Shown: positions 48,156-58,198, counted from the stretch's first letter. The stretch is 64,000 bases of DNA from a virus (IMGVR_UViG_3300028558_000027:3420-67419), one strand, 5' to 3'. The notes: generated by a model from the letters alone, not told the origin. Numbers and translations: made by a program.

Positions 48156-48989
48156 ATGTCCACGAAGCCTCTGGAGAACGGCGTACGTCTGGAGTTCCCC
48201 AAGGGGCAGGGCGTAGCTTTCGACGCCGATGCTTTCGACGCCGCCATCAGAAGCCAAGGCGTCCAGCTAGTTCACTGGAGAACCTTCAGATGTCCTGTCG
48301 GTCTCGTCGATCTCTATGACGACCGTCGTGTCCACGACGACCACTCGGGGTGCTCCAACGGCATGATCCACAAAAAGGCCGGCGTGGTCACCGGTACGTT
48401 CATGGCGTCTGGAAGCAAGCTAGACCAGAACGACATCGGTCTTCTTGACGGGAGCACGGTCCAAATCACTACGCCCAGAACCTATGACGACCCATCGACT
48501 GAGCCCATCCAAATTCTTCCCTTCGACCGACTCTTTCTCCAGGAGGAGGCAATTACGGTCCCTCATTGGCAGTTGGTCGAAGCTCACGTCACCGGGCGTG
48601 ACCGTTTAGACTTCCCAGCGGTGAGAGTCTTGGACCTCATGGACTCGACTGGGAAGTCGTACGATTCGTCTGCTTTCACAATTCAAGACGGACAGATTGT
48701 GTGGAAGCAGGGTGCCGGCCCAGGATTCGATCCTATTTCTGATAAGGGCGTGATCTACTCGGTTCGTTACGAGTACAGGCCGTATTTTATCATTCAGCGC
48801 ATCATCCACCAGGTTCGCGTGGCGCAAACCGAGAATATGATCGAGCGCAAGGTCACTCGTATGCCTCAGCAGTTTATCGCCCAAAGGGAATATGTTTCTA
48901 TGAAGGAAGCGAAAGACGACCAGGCTCCCGGTGCTGATGGCCAACGTCAGGTGATGGGTCCTCGTAACGGACTATTTGGTCCACGCTAA
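48156..48989 (+). CDS. neck / head-closure protein
   Basis: FDAAIRSQG...RCP...C.NG and YSVRYEYRP, as in myovirus neck proteins. Confidence 0.65.
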   Translation: MSTKPLENGVRLEFPKGQGVAFDADAFDAAIRSQGVQLVHWRTFRCPVGLVDLYDDRRVHDDHSGCSNGMIHKKAGVVTGTFMASGSKLDQNDIGLLDGSTVQITTPRTYDDPSTEPIQILPFDRLFLQEEAITVPHWQLVEAHVTGRDRLDFPAVRVLDLMDSTGKSYDSSAFTIQDGQIVWKQGAGPGFDPISDKGVIYSVRYEYRPYFIIQRIIHQVRVAQTENMIERKVTRMPQQFIAQREYVSMKEAKDDQAPGADGQRQVMGPRNGLFGPR

Positions 48990-49013
48990 CCGACGCAATC
49001 TTCTGTCTACACA

Positions 49014-49949
49014 ATGAATTCAGAGTCGCTCCAATTTATGGCCTCGGTTCTCGGCGAGGCAGGCGTCCAGGCGCTTAACAAGGTCGCCGAGCGGTCTCAA
49101 GAGATTGGTAACGTTCTGCTTCCCCGGACTATTCTGGCCTGGATTCGCAGTGAGGACGAGTTCGACGGAGAGCTGCCTGGTGTAGTCGGGTCGTCCATGT
49201 CCTTTATGAAGGCTGAAGGCGGTTTCACGGGCAGCGTTGATATCGCTGGGCAACCGTACGCTTTTCAGGATGTGTCGATTTTCCACCTGGTGGCCGCCAC
49301 TGCGGTGGCGCTTGGTGAAGAGTCGGCGTCACCCCTTGACCTGCGAGATCTCGACCTAGAACGACTCGGCAAAAATATCGACCTTCTCGCACGCACCAAA
49401 ATGATCGCTCGCGAGATGAAGAAGAACGCCGAGCTGTCGAAGAAGTCAGATGAGTGGATGGGCGATAATCCCGGTGATGAGAAGCTCTCGGATGAAGAGT
49501 TCGCTCGGAAGTACGACTGCGATCGCGAGACAGTCCGCGCACGAATGAAGAAGGACGAGCTGGAGAAGGCCGCCAAAGGGCCTGGCCAGCCTGCAGCCGC
49601 CATCGCCCCGTCGGCTCCTACGGCACCGACAGCCCACGCGCCTGCTCCGACCGCAGCCGCCATGAAGCCACCGAAGGTGAAGCCGAATGCACCGCTGACG
49701 CCAGCCAAGCCTCCCACGGTCAAGCTCACGCGATCAGAAGCCGCTCACGCCTGTTCGCTCTGCGGCTCTACCCAGTTCCGCCCGATTGCTGGTCCGGGTT
49801 CGATGATCGCCTTCCTCGGGTGCCATTGCCTGTCGGAGCTAACTAAGAGCGCTGTGTCCACCGAGGTCGCTGACGGCTATGTAGTCCAGCTCAAGGGCTG
49901 GGACCGTGAGAGCCTGCTTACTTTGCTCGAAGCTGTCGGGCGGGTGTAA
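49014..49949 (+). CDS. hypothetical late (probably virion) protein
   Basis: Late motif upstream; several x-x-K-[SAD] sites; C-terminal Cys cluster. Confidence 0.7.
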   Translation: MNSESLQFMASVLGEAGVQALNKVAERSQEIGNVLLPRTILAWIRSEDEFDGELPGVVGSSMSFMKAEGGFTGSVDIAGQPYAFQDVSIFHLVAATAVALGEESASPLDLRDLDLERLGKNIDLLARTKMIAREMKKNAELSKKSDEWMGDNPGDEKLSDEEFARKYDCDRETVRARMKKDELEKAAKGPGQPAAAIAPSAPTAPTAHAPAPTAAAMKPPKVKPNAPLTPAKPPTVKLTRSEAAHACSLCGSTQFRPIAGPGSMIAFLGCHCLSELTKSAVSTEVADGYVVQLKGWDRESLLTLLEAVGRV

Positions 49950-50365
49950 TGGCCAACATTCTTCATAGCTGGTTGGGCAAGTACCCGATCACCGACCCTG
50001 ACCACACCGATCATCTAGAGACGTCTGCAGCCTTGCACCAGTTCCATAGCGGAAAACAGCAGCACGAGGCAGAGGAAGCCGCACACGCCGAGTACCGCAA
50101 GGATCAGCTCCACGAAGCTGCGGCCCACCATTTAAATGGAATGAAAGCAGCTCTCGGCGCGGGCGATCACGACGCTGCCGGCAAGCACGGCGCGATGTAC
50201 GGAATGATCATGAAAGAGCTTGGTCACCCTATTGTCGGCGAGCCGCCTCCCGAGGTGGTAAACAAAGCCAAGCACATGCCGAAGTCTGTCTATAATTTCA
50301 AGGCGCACAAGGCGGATGCGTTCGCTCTGCCGCCGAAGAAAGAAGAGAAGCCCAGTGAAGAGTAA
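49949..50365 (+). CDS. His-rich hypothetical protein
   Basis: 138 aa, coupled to the upstream gene. Confidence 0.7.
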   Translation: MANILHSWLGKYPITDPDHTDHLETSAALHQFHSGKQQHEAEEAAHAEYRKDQLHEAAAHHLNGMKAALGAGDHDAAGKHGAMYGMIMKELGHPIVGEPPPEVVNKAKHMPKSVYNFKAHKADAFALPPKKEEKPSEE

Positions 50366-50669
50366 AATCGTGCGCCCAGATGGCACCGTCATCGAGATCG
50401 AAGGAACGCAGCAAGAGGTCGCGGACCTTCTGCAGAAGCTTGCTCCTGCGCCTTTCACGTGGCCATCATCGGTGACAACCACCCCGGTTCCGTGGGCCGA
50501 GATCAAGTGGCCAGCCATCACCTACGGACCGTGCCAGCACCGTTATCCCGCGGTGTGGATGTCGGTATCGCCTCCGCAGTGCGAGATCTGCCATGAGCCG
50601 GCGGCTGCGGTTAGCCCTCTCTGGTCTTCGAGCGGCTATTTCTACTATAACAACGTAGCGTCGACCTAA
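50355..50669 (+). CDS. hypothetical protein
   Basis: GTG start MKSKIVRPDG; contains CxxC. Confidence 0.55.
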   Translation: MKSKIVRPDGTVIEIEGTQQEVADLLQKLAPAPFTWPSSVTTTPVPWAEIKWPAITYGPCQHRYPAVWMSVSPPQCEICHEPAAAVSPLWSSSGYFYYNNVAST

Positions 50670-51160
50670 GACGATGCTGTGAGCTTGCTCGTCATCAGAC
50701 GACGCAGCAACGACTGACCAAGCTTCAGATCTTCGGCGACACCACGGCTGTACTTCGATGGGCGGCAACCGTTCGCGGGTCGATTGTATTTTGTCAGCCA
50801 ATGCCAAGAGCACTTCTGTTGTTTCTGAGCCATGTAGCTCACGCCGAGGTAAATGTTCAACGAGATGTTTGAGAGCTGCGCGTTGGTCATCTTGGCGTAG
50901 GCTCCTTGTACGGCACCTCCGCGCTTGACCTGCATCAGACCTACTTCACCCTTGGTCCCGATCGCGCGCTTGTTGTAGTTGCTCTCGTGCCAGATGTCGG
51001 CCGCGACCGTGTCTTTGGGAATGCCCGTCCCGACTGTCGCGTTCTCGATGGCGTCAGCGATCTCCACTGCTTCTGCATTGTTCTCGCAGGACTCCATCGG
51101 CATCCCGCGTGGGTCCAGTAGAGACAGGACGCAGGCGAAGAGGACCTCGGCGCCGGTCAT
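50666..51160 (-). CDS. SLT-family lytic transglycosylase
   Basis: HESNY, GLMQV and NIYLGVSY motifs; hydrophobic N-terminus. Confidence 0.85.
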   Translation of the reverse strand: MTGAEVLFACVLSLLDPRGMPMESCENNAEAVEIADAIENATVGTGIPKDTVAADIWHESNYNKRAIGTKGEVGLMQVKRGGAVQGAYAKMTNAQLSNISLNIYLGVSYMAQKQQKCSWHWLTKYNRPANGCRPSKYSRGVAEDLKLGQSLLRRLMTSKLTASS

Positions 51161-52371
51161 TCGTAGTCCCGAATCGCCTTGCCGATCGGCAAGTAGAGAG
51201 AGCCATCGGCCGTCCAGCGCTTGAAATTCACGGTCAGCTTCTTGCCCCGCCAAAGCTCGGGCTTATCCATCAGCTCGCGACGCCGCGCGTAGGTGGCCTT
51301 GAGGCGCACGTCGCAGGTCTTGCCGTTGGGCAACTCGACGGTGAAAGTGGCGACGGTGCCTGCATCCTTCCCTCGTCCGTCATTGACGCCGAGGATCTTG
51401 AACTCAGCGTCGATAAACTCCTTCATCTTCTGCAGGTGCTTCGAGCGTTTGTCGGACTCGTACGTGCCATGGACGTTGCGTGCCATGCCGCCCTCGTAGC
51501 CCCGGTCGAGAGCCTCTTGGTACGAGGTCTTGAGGTGCTCGAAAGTCGAGATCTTATGCGTGTGGACGCGCTTGATTGGCATCGACTGGTCGATGTTGAC
51601 GAATAGTAAATCGACGTACGTGTTGCGGAAGTCGAAGGCGTCCTCCATCGTCCCGTGAGTCTTTCCGCCCGGTAGCTCGTCCGGACCCCATTGGGGACAG
51701 TCGTAGACGTGATACTGCGCGTTCAGGTACTCGCCATCGCCGTCGGGCTCATCGGTGCGCAGGATCGACATCAGGTCTTCGAAGCGGTCCTTGTAGTCGT
51801 GGTTGTACAATTCGCCGTCGATGACTATGCGGTAGTGGCCGGCGAAGGCCTTCTCCAGCGCTGCCACAATGTGCGGCACGACGTTGATGCGCTTCCGGGT
51901 GCGGCTCCACAGCGTGCACTTGCCGTCTTCGATGATGGCAATGCAGCGCATGCCGTCGAGCTTGGGCTGGAAGTAGCACGGGAAAACGATCGACTTAACG
52001 AGCAGGTCGTCCTTGGGGTACGATTTATTCGGCGCCAGCATTGGCGCCAACCCACCTTCGATGACAGCGTCCACCTCGCCTGCCTCAGCGGCTTCGACGG
52101 AGTCGACATAGCCCTTCTTGAGCTGCTTCGTCCACCGCGCCTTGGCCTCCTTCTCGGCCTGCTCCAGCGGAGTGGTGGCGTTCTTCTTGCCCGGGTTTTT
52201 CCCCTCCTTGATCGTGTCGGATGTGGTCTGGAGCTTCCCGCCGACCTGTCCGTGTTCGGTGACGAGTACGCCCCACACCGTCGCCGGACCAAGGGCCGAG
52301 TCGACGCCGATCGTCCACTGTTGGATCGCGCCTGTCTGGGTTTTCTGAAAAAGTCGGGGAAGGGTCTTCAT
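51157..52371 (-). CDS. lig: ATP-dependent DNA ligase with N-terminal WGR-like domain
   Basis: PKLDGMR, IDGELY, YEGGM and KMK motifs. Confidence 0.92.
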   Translation of the reverse strand: MKTLPRLFQKTQTGAIQQWTIGVDSALGPATVWGVLVTEHGQVGGKLQTTSDTIKEGKNPGKKNATTPLEQAEKEAKARWTKQLKKGYVDSVEAAEAGEVDAVIEGGLAPMLAPNKSYPKDDLLVKSIVFPCYFQPKLDGMRCIAIIEDGKCTLWSRTRKRINVVPHIVAALEKAFAGHYRIVIDGELYNHDYKDRFEDLMSILRTDEPDGDGEYLNAQYHVYDCPQWGPDELPGGKTHGTMEDAFDFRNTYVDLLFVNIDQSMPIKRVHTHKISTFEHLKTSYQEALDRGYEGGMARNVHGTYESDKRSKHLQKMKEFIDAEFKILGVNDGRGKDAGTVATFTVELPNGKTCDVRLKATYARRRELMDKPELWRGKKLTVNFKRWTADGSLYLPIGKAIRDYE

Positions 52372-52379
52372 GTGTTCCT

Positions 52380-52586
52380 TTACGAAGTCAGTCCGAAAAG
52401 AGTCAGAGCGAGCATCGCCACGACGATTCCGACGGAGAGTGCTTGCGGGATGGTGTTGATGAAGAAGTTCTGTCCAGGGTGCTGGTTCTTCGTGTCACGT
52501 GCCCAGTGGCTACGGGTGTAGAGCACCGACCCAGTCACTGACCGAAGGGGCAGGTGGGGGCACTTCTTATGGCGACAGAGCTTCAT
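52380..52586 (-). CDS. small membrane protein
   Basis: C-terminal transmembrane helix; ATG 10 nt after GTTTTGCTAC. Confidence 0.5.
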   Translation of the reverse strand: MKLCRHKKCPHLPLRSVTGSVLYTRSHWARDTKNQHPGQNFFINTIPQALSVGIVVAMLALTLFGLTS

Positions 52587-52625
52587 GGGATTGATAGTAG
52601 CAAAACTAACGAGCCGACTCAACCG

Positions 52626-53408
52626 CTATCGGAGGCGGTTGTCTCCGTAGCTGTCACGCATCACGCCAGCTACTTTCGCCAAGAGATCTCCGACCGTCAG
52701 GTCGTTGGAGAGAGTACGGGAGTAGAAGTGGGGTGGAATCGAGTCGATCTCCGTCTCACTCTTGTGCCCGTAGAAGCCGGCTTTCATAAGGTCTTGACGC
52801 GTCAGACGAAGAACAACTCCTCCTTCACTTCTGACGTTCAAAATCTCGTTGCGAAATCGAATGTCGGTGATGATCGAGTAGTCGAAGGCCGCGCCTTCGT
52901 CCTTGAATAGGCCGCGAGTCCTGGTGTAGTTCCAACCGCCTTTGAGGAGGGTCTTGCAGGTGAAGATCGCGTCGAGGTTCCACATGTCCATCGAGATGTG
53001 ACGGCCCCACTCGGTCCCCAGAGGTTGGAGCGCCGATCTAGGGGAAAGTTCCTCCCCCAAATCGTGAACCCACGACATCAGTCTGGTGAGGGCGACATCT
53101 TGGCGATGTATGGGAACAACGGATTCAACAAAAGCTTCTCCGAGAGAGAGATTGCTGTCCTCGTGACGCTCGTGGAGACGCCTGACGGCCTCGACTCGGT
53201 TGATCTTACATACGGTGCTGCGCAGCTCGCTGGGGCCCCACAGCTGGTCTTCGTTCCAATCTAGGAGAGCAGCTAGAAAGCGCTTCATTCGATCGGCCTG
53301 ACCTACGCACACACCGTTATAGGCTTGGGCCAAAAATGTTCCGACCGTATCCTTCCCGCTACCTGCTTTGCCGGCTATACCGATGATGGGGGTCGAGGTT
53401 ACGATCAT
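52626..53408 (-). CDS. deoxynucleoside monophosphate kinase
   Basis: GKAGSGKDT, R..LQ.LGTEWGR, ITDIRFRNE and H.SE motifs. Confidence 0.9.
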   Translation of the reverse strand: MIVTSTPIIGIAGKAGSGKDTVGTFLAQAYNGVCVGQADRMKRFLAALLDWNEDQLWGPSELRSTVCKINRVEAVRRLHERHEDSNLSLGEAFVESVVPIHRQDVALTRLMSWVHDLGEELSPRSALQPLGTEWGRHISMDMWNLDAIFTCKTLLKGGWNYTRTRGLFKDEGAAFDYSIITDIRFRNEILNVRSEGGVVLRLTRQDLMKAGFYGHKSETEIDSIPPHFYSRTLSNDLTVGDLLAKVAGVMRDSYGDNRLR

Positions 53409-53439
53409 GCAACGTAAGTAGCGAAACTCCATCAAACGC

Positions 53440-53476
53440 AAAAGGCCCGACCGCCAAAAAGGCAAGCCGGGCCCTT
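53440..53476 (-). terminator. intrinsic terminator
   Basis: GGCCCG...CGGGCC stem followed by TTTT on the minus strand. Confidence 0.6.
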
Positions 53477-53493
53477 ATGGAAAGCGAACTGAT

Positions 53494-53856
53494 TTAGCGT
53501 CGGTTGATCATCACTCCGTTGTCTGAGGCGCGGACCACGGCGAGATTCGTGGCCCCTGCTTTCCGCAAAGTCTCGAATGTGCGGACCAGGAGCATCTCGG
53601 GGGTTTCTCCGTTGAAGAAGTAAATCACCTGAGGCAGCTGCTCCTGGCGCTTCCCTGGTCTTCCTGCGCTCACGGTCTTCTTGGGTGCTCCCCGCACCTC
53701 GTGCACGAGCTGGTACAGGCGGTTGGTTCGCAGAGGACTGCCGTACACCTCTTCGAGCTTTCGGTTGATTTTTGCAGCAGAGAGTTCGGGCTCGTCCTTT
53801 AGCAGCTTGGCGGCGTACCGCTCCTTCTCTAGCGACTCTTCGTTCGAGATTTTCAT
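53494..53856 (-). CDS. putative HTH DNA-binding protein
   Basis: Resembles 41350-41736. Confidence 0.65.
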   Translation of the reverse strand: MKISNEESLEKERYAAKLLKDEPELSAAKINRKLEEVYGSPLRTNRLYQLVHEVRGAPKKTVSAGRPGKRQEQLPQVIYFFNGETPEMLLVRTFETLRKAGATNLAVVRASDNGVMINRR

Positions 53857-53956
53857 TTAATCCTTGTCGGAGTTAGGTCGGCGCACACCAGTCTGACGAT
53901 ACAGTAGCAAAAAAGTATGTGAAGCGCTATCAAAATACACCCGCAATCTTGGGGAG

Positions 53957-56350
53957 GTGATTCTTTACCTATCTTGGGACGGCGACGGCATAGGAAAACA
54001 GGCCGGCCTGGCGCGTTTGAACGACGACCTGGCCGAGGTGCGGCGTGTATCGAACGCCATCGACGCCGGCAACGCCTTGTGGGTGGCCCTGGCTGAGCGC
54101 TCTGGCACCCACTCGATCGAGGCCGGTGGAGACGAGGGAGCGATCGAGCTGCCTGTTGATAAGCTCCCAGAAGTCCCTGGAATCGCTAGTCAATATCGCG
54201 ATGCGGTCGGCGCTACGTGTTCCGTCGGTATCGGCACCAAGCTCAGTGAATCGTCCAAAGCCCTGCTGGTGGCCAAGCTTCGAGGAAAGGATCGTATCGT
54301 CCTCTGGGAGCCTGAGATGCAGTCGGAAATCGACGCCGCCAACGCCCATCCCAAGACCGAAGAGGAGAAACTCGGGGAAGAGTACCTCGGCAAGCACGGA
54401 GGTAACCAAGGCACCCACGCTGGGTTTGCTGGCCACACGACGCCGGGCGAGCCTCACATCGATAAACCCACCTCGGGCCAGAAAGATCACTCCGCTGCTT
54501 CTGTCACAGAACATGTGATCCAGAACGCGAATGATGCTGCCGCGAATGCGCCCCAGCCCCAGCAGCCAGACGACGATTTCGAATCACAGCTGCACTCAGC
54601 TGCCCAGGATCAGGAAAAGCAAGACCGAGACTCGGTCATCGAAGACGACGCAGGCCTCGATCAGCTGAAGAAGCAGCTAGTGCAAACATTGGCGGGTGTG
54701 AAGGCACAAATGCCGATCCTCTCGCAGATGAAAGCCGCAGCCCCGGAGGCCTACCAAACGATCATGAGCCTGGTACAGGGGCTGATCGCTCTCGGTCGTC
54801 AGGTGATGAAGGACCAGCCTGCGGTTTCGGACGAAGATCCGCAGCACATCGATACCGAGGTGAAGAAGAGCGATGACCGAGACGACTGCGCTGACTGCGG
54901 TGCGTTCCTCGGCGTAAACATCGACTGTCTGACATGCGAAGCGTACGCCGACAAGCACTGGGGGTTGAAGAAGTCTGTCGCCGGCATCCAGGCAGGCCCC
55001 AAGACGTCGGCTGGTGCTTTTGACTATTCACACATTCTCCCGGACGCAGCTAAACAGGCCGGCATCACGATGCACCTGACACATGCTCCGGCTAGCCATC
55101 CGTCTGGAGAGCACCTCCAGGTCAATTTACACCACAACGGCCAGCCGATCGGCAACACCACCGGCTACGTGCGCTCTGCGAAGGATTCGAAGGGAATCGA
55201 GCCGCATTCGGAGCTGGAGTCGGCTTATCGGGGCGGAGGTCTTGGCCAGGCGATGCACGAAGCGACCTACGCCCACGCGAAGAATGTGCTGGGGATCGGT
55301 CACGTCCAGTTCGGACCTCACTCTGAAGACGCACATAAAATGCTTCAAAGCTTGGCTCGTAAGCACGGCTTCGAGTACCAGGCTCATAGCGATCCGAAGA
55401 TGGCTCGATATGGCTACGGATTCACTCCTGGGTCGTACGCCATCAAGAGCGAGGCAGAGGAACCAGAGGAGAGTGGTCCCGGGTTTGGGTCGGTGTTTAT
55501 CCGCGAAGACCTCTCCAAGAGCGTCGCCCAAATTCAACCTGGGAAGAGAAGTCTCACCCCGGGTCGTGTGTCGTTCGACTACTCGCACGTTCTCTCTCCT
55601 GAACACAAGGCGCTTGGTCTCCAGATGCACGTAACACACGTAGCGCCTTCCGGTCCGGTAGGAGAACACACCATCACCACGCTACAGCACCACGAAGGCG
55701 GCAAGCACAAGGTGGTCGGCAGTGTGACCGCCTATATCGACGGCAAAAAGGGCGACAAGAGTATTGAGCCGCATTCGATGCTGCTTCCTAAATTCCAAGG
55801 TAAAGGACTCGGTCAATCGATGTACGAGGCTTCGTACGCACACGCGAAGAACGCGCTCGGGATTTCACGTGTTGAAGGCGGCATGCACTCAGACCAGGCT
55901 CACTCCCTGCATCAGCGACTGGCGGCGAAGCACGGATTTGAGTATTCCTCTACGACTCCGGCCGATCTTGCGGGTACGGACTATCCGCACAGCCCCTACT
56001 CGTACGCAATCAAGGACGAGATGGCTCCGAACATCGACGATTGCGACATCGTTGGTCCCGGCAAGGGCGTTACGTTCCACCGCGGCGAGATCGTGAAGGA
56101 CGAGATGGACGGATCGCCGCCGTCGGACGATGGAGAGCTGGACAAGGCTGGTGGCGGTGGAGGTAGAGAAGCCGGAAGGCAACATCTCAAGCTGCCGGTG
56201 GGATCGATGGTCGATCAGAAAATCAAGACGACAAGAGCCGATGGTCACGTTGGCTGGACGTCAGTTGCCAGCGGTATGATTCAAGGGCAGCAAGGCGATC
56301 CTCTGGGAAATCCTCACGCGGTGAGTAGCAGAAAGCCCGGCGCGAAATAA
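53957..56350 (+). CDS. multidomain protein: mCpol-like nucleotide cyclase plus two GNAT acetyltransferases
   Basis: YLSWDGDGIG, GGDE, CSVGIG and AKLRGK; YRGGGLGQAM and FQGKGLGQSM acetyl-CoA-binding motifs. Confidence 0.8.
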   Translation: MILYLSWDGDGIGKQAGLARLNDDLAEVRRVSNAIDAGNALWVALAERSGTHSIEAGGDEGAIELPVDKLPEVPGIASQYRDAVGATCSVGIGTKLSESSKALLVAKLRGKDRIVLWEPEMQSEIDAANAHPKTEEEKLGEEYLGKHGGNQGTHAGFAGHTTPGEPHIDKPTSGQKDHSAASVTEHVIQNANDAAANAPQPQQPDDDFESQLHSAAQDQEKQDRDSVIEDDAGLDQLKKQLVQTLAGVKAQMPILSQMKAAAPEAYQTIMSLVQGLIALGRQVMKDQPAVSDEDPQHIDTEVKKSDDRDDCADCGAFLGVNIDCLTCEAYADKHWGLKKSVAGIQAGPKTSAGAFDYSHILPDAAKQAGITMHLTHAPASHPSGEHLQVNLHHNGQPIGNTTGYVRSAKDSKGIEPHSELESAYRGGGLGQAMHEATYAHAKNVLGIGHVQFGPHSEDAHKMLQSLARKHGFEYQAHSDPKMARYGYGFTPGSYAIKSEAEEPEESGPGFGSVFIREDLSKSVAQIQPGKRSLTPGRVSFDYSHVLSPEHKALGLQMHVTHVAPSGPVGEHTITTLQHHEGGKHKVVGSVTAYIDGKKGDKSIEPHSMLLPKFQGKGLGQSMYEASYAHAKNALGISRVEGGMHSDQAHSLHQRLAAKHGFEYSSTTPADLAGTDYPHSPYSYAIKDEMAPNIDDCDIVGPGKGVTFHRGEIVKDEMDGSPPSDDGELDKAGGGGGREAGRQHLKLPVGSMVDQKIKTTRADGHVGWTSVASGMIQGQQGDPLGNPHAVSSRKPGAK

Positions 56351-56375
56351 GGGGCAACAAATTTTCAATATTAAT

Positions 56376-57218
56376 TTGGACGTATCGGCGTTGGCCGACT
56401 TGACCAACCTCAAGGAGATCGCGCAGAAAGAGGTTCAGAAAGCAGCCGCCGATCTCGCTGCGATGGCCAAGGCGAAGATTCACGAGTTGGCGAATCAGAA
56501 GCTCCACGCTCGTCGTCAGCTGTACGTTGACCACCTCTCGTACTCGAAGATGTCGGCTGACGTCTACGTCGTAACCCTGGAGGCTAAGGCGCGTTGGATC
56601 GAGGACGGTCAACAGGAACACTCCATGATCGACGACCTGCTTGCGTCACCGAAGGCCAAGACGGCGCGAGACGGTTCAAAATATTTAGTCGTCCCCTTTG
56701 GCCACGGTCCTGGGAAGGGGTCAGGAAGCAACAGCCCACCTCAGAACGACATCGTAGCCACTCTAAAGAAGGAGTTAAAAAAGCGTGGTGTTGGGTTTGG
56801 GAAAATCGAGAGGAATCCAGACGGAACTCCGAAGACGGGGCGCCTGCACTCATTCGACATCAGCAAGGACCCGTTGAAGAGCGGGCAGGGGCCTGGTCAG
56901 GGTTGGGGACCTGTCGGACAGGTTCGTCAAGGACCGAATCAACGTCAGGTAGTTGGGGGTGGGCCTGGTGGAGGAGGTACTCCTTTCCTTCATGGGATTT
57001 CGATCTACCAGACGCCGGACGACAAGGCCAAGAGCGGAGTGAAGCGCTCGATTACCACCTACCGAATCGTCTCTTCCAAGCACGCAAGCCAGGGGCGATG
57101 GATGCATCCGGGCCTGGAGGCTGTGAACCTTATGGACCTTGGTTTCGAATGGGCTTTGCAGGAGTGGGAAACAAAGCTCGGTCCGGAGATCGTCGCGAAG
57201 ATTACTTCGTCGGTCTAA
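56376..57218 (+). CDS. neck / tail-completion protein
   Basis: IEDG...KYLVVPF...YRIVS...WMHPG, as in myovirus neck proteins; start uncertain. Confidence 0.65.
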   Translation: MDVSALADLTNLKEIAQKEVQKAAADLAAMAKAKIHELANQKLHARRQLYVDHLSYSKMSADVYVVTLEAKARWIEDGQQEHSMIDDLLASPKAKTARDGSKYLVVPFGHGPGKGSGSNSPPQNDIVATLKKELKKRGVGFGKIERNPDGTPKTGRLHSFDISKDPLKSGQGPGQGWGPVGQVRQGPNQRQVVGGGPGGGGTPFLHGISIYQTPDDKAKSGVKRSITTYRIVSSKHASQGRWMHPGLEAVNLMDLGFEWALQEWETKLGPEIVAKITSSV

Positions 57219-58198
57219 CGGCCGACCACAGTGAACGTCGGGTCGATCGTTGCTCGGTACTGAGTCCAGCCGCGCAGGTTTCCTGACCATATCCGCGTTG
57301 TTGAGCACGAAGGAATGTCGTGGTCCTGGTGACGACACTTGTTCTTCGGCATCGCCTGCGCCACGTGTTCGAAAGGGCTCCAGTGACCAGCTTTCGACAG
57401 GCGATTGGCAAGCGTGACATCCTCTTCCATGTCACGCTTGCCTTCATGTGTGAGGTACGAGACTCGGGCACAGCGACCCGCTGATACTTTGCAAAGGTAC
57501 TCGCAGAGCGCTTTGTTGTCTGCTTTTCCATCGACCAGAGCTTGACCAGTGTTCCCGATTGGTTCTGCAAGAACTTCGTCGTCGAAGTCGATAAGCGGGA
57601 GATGCCATTCTCCTGCCACAAGGCACCGCGGCAAGGTACTGTCGTACTGGCGCTTCATCTCCTTGGCGACCCAGCCGATCTCGGGCTGAGCATCAGGGTG
57701 GCAGCGGAGTCGGAACCAGTTGTCGAACTCGGTCGCCGTCAGAATAACCTCGATGAACATCCACGGCTCCAGAATGCGGTTCGCGATTTGCTTGTGGAAG
57801 CCGACCTTGGTCATCAGCCAAGCCATCAGAAGGGCTCCCCAACGGGCCGAAAGCCACAGGCGCTTCACGAGCGCTAGTCGCCAGCCCGTGAGCTGCTCAC
57901 GTGACTGCATCCCCGCCTGGTTCTTGCCCCAAAACACCGGGACCGCTGGCTCTCGGCGTATCTGCTCCATCAGCTTCTTGGTCGGGATCGCACGAGAGGA
58001 AGCGCTGTTCTTGCTAAAGAGTCTGTGAGTTAAAAGCTCCGCATGGACGAACCGAGGGTAGCGAAGCAGCCACGTCGTCAGACGAACCCTGTTCGGACCG
58101 ACAGAGTCAGTCAGGATTCTGACCCGGTATCCACGCGGTCCAGGCTCAACGAGAGTGCTCGTTGCGACCCCTCCCTCGTTGTAGACCGTCTCCATCAC
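57215..58198 (-). CDS. thyX: flavin-dependent thymidylate synthase
   Basis: ELLTHRLFSKNSASSR, LRCHPDAQPEI, ARVSY and HWSPFEH motifs. Confidence 0.9.
   Translation of the reverse strand: MMETVYNEGGVATSTLVEPGPRGYRVRILTDSVGPNRVRLTTWLLRYPRFVHAELLTHRLFSKNSASSRAIPTKKLMEQIRREPAVPVFWGKNQAGMQSREQLTGWRLALVKRLWLSARWGALLMAWLMTKVGFHKQIANRILEPWMFIEVILTATEFDNWFRLRCHPDAQPEIGWVAKEMKRQYDSTLPRCLVAGEWHLPLIDFDDEVLAEPIGNTGQALVDGKADNKALCEYLCKVSAGRCARVSYLTHEGKRDMEEDVTLANRLSKAGHWSPFEHVAQAMPKNKCRHQDHDIPSCSTTRIWSGNLRGWTQYRATIDPTFTVVGR

Noticed and set aside
53957-56350. Cas10 / type III CRISPR gene
   Set aside because: Only one short palm domain, with no HD domain, RAMP genes or array.
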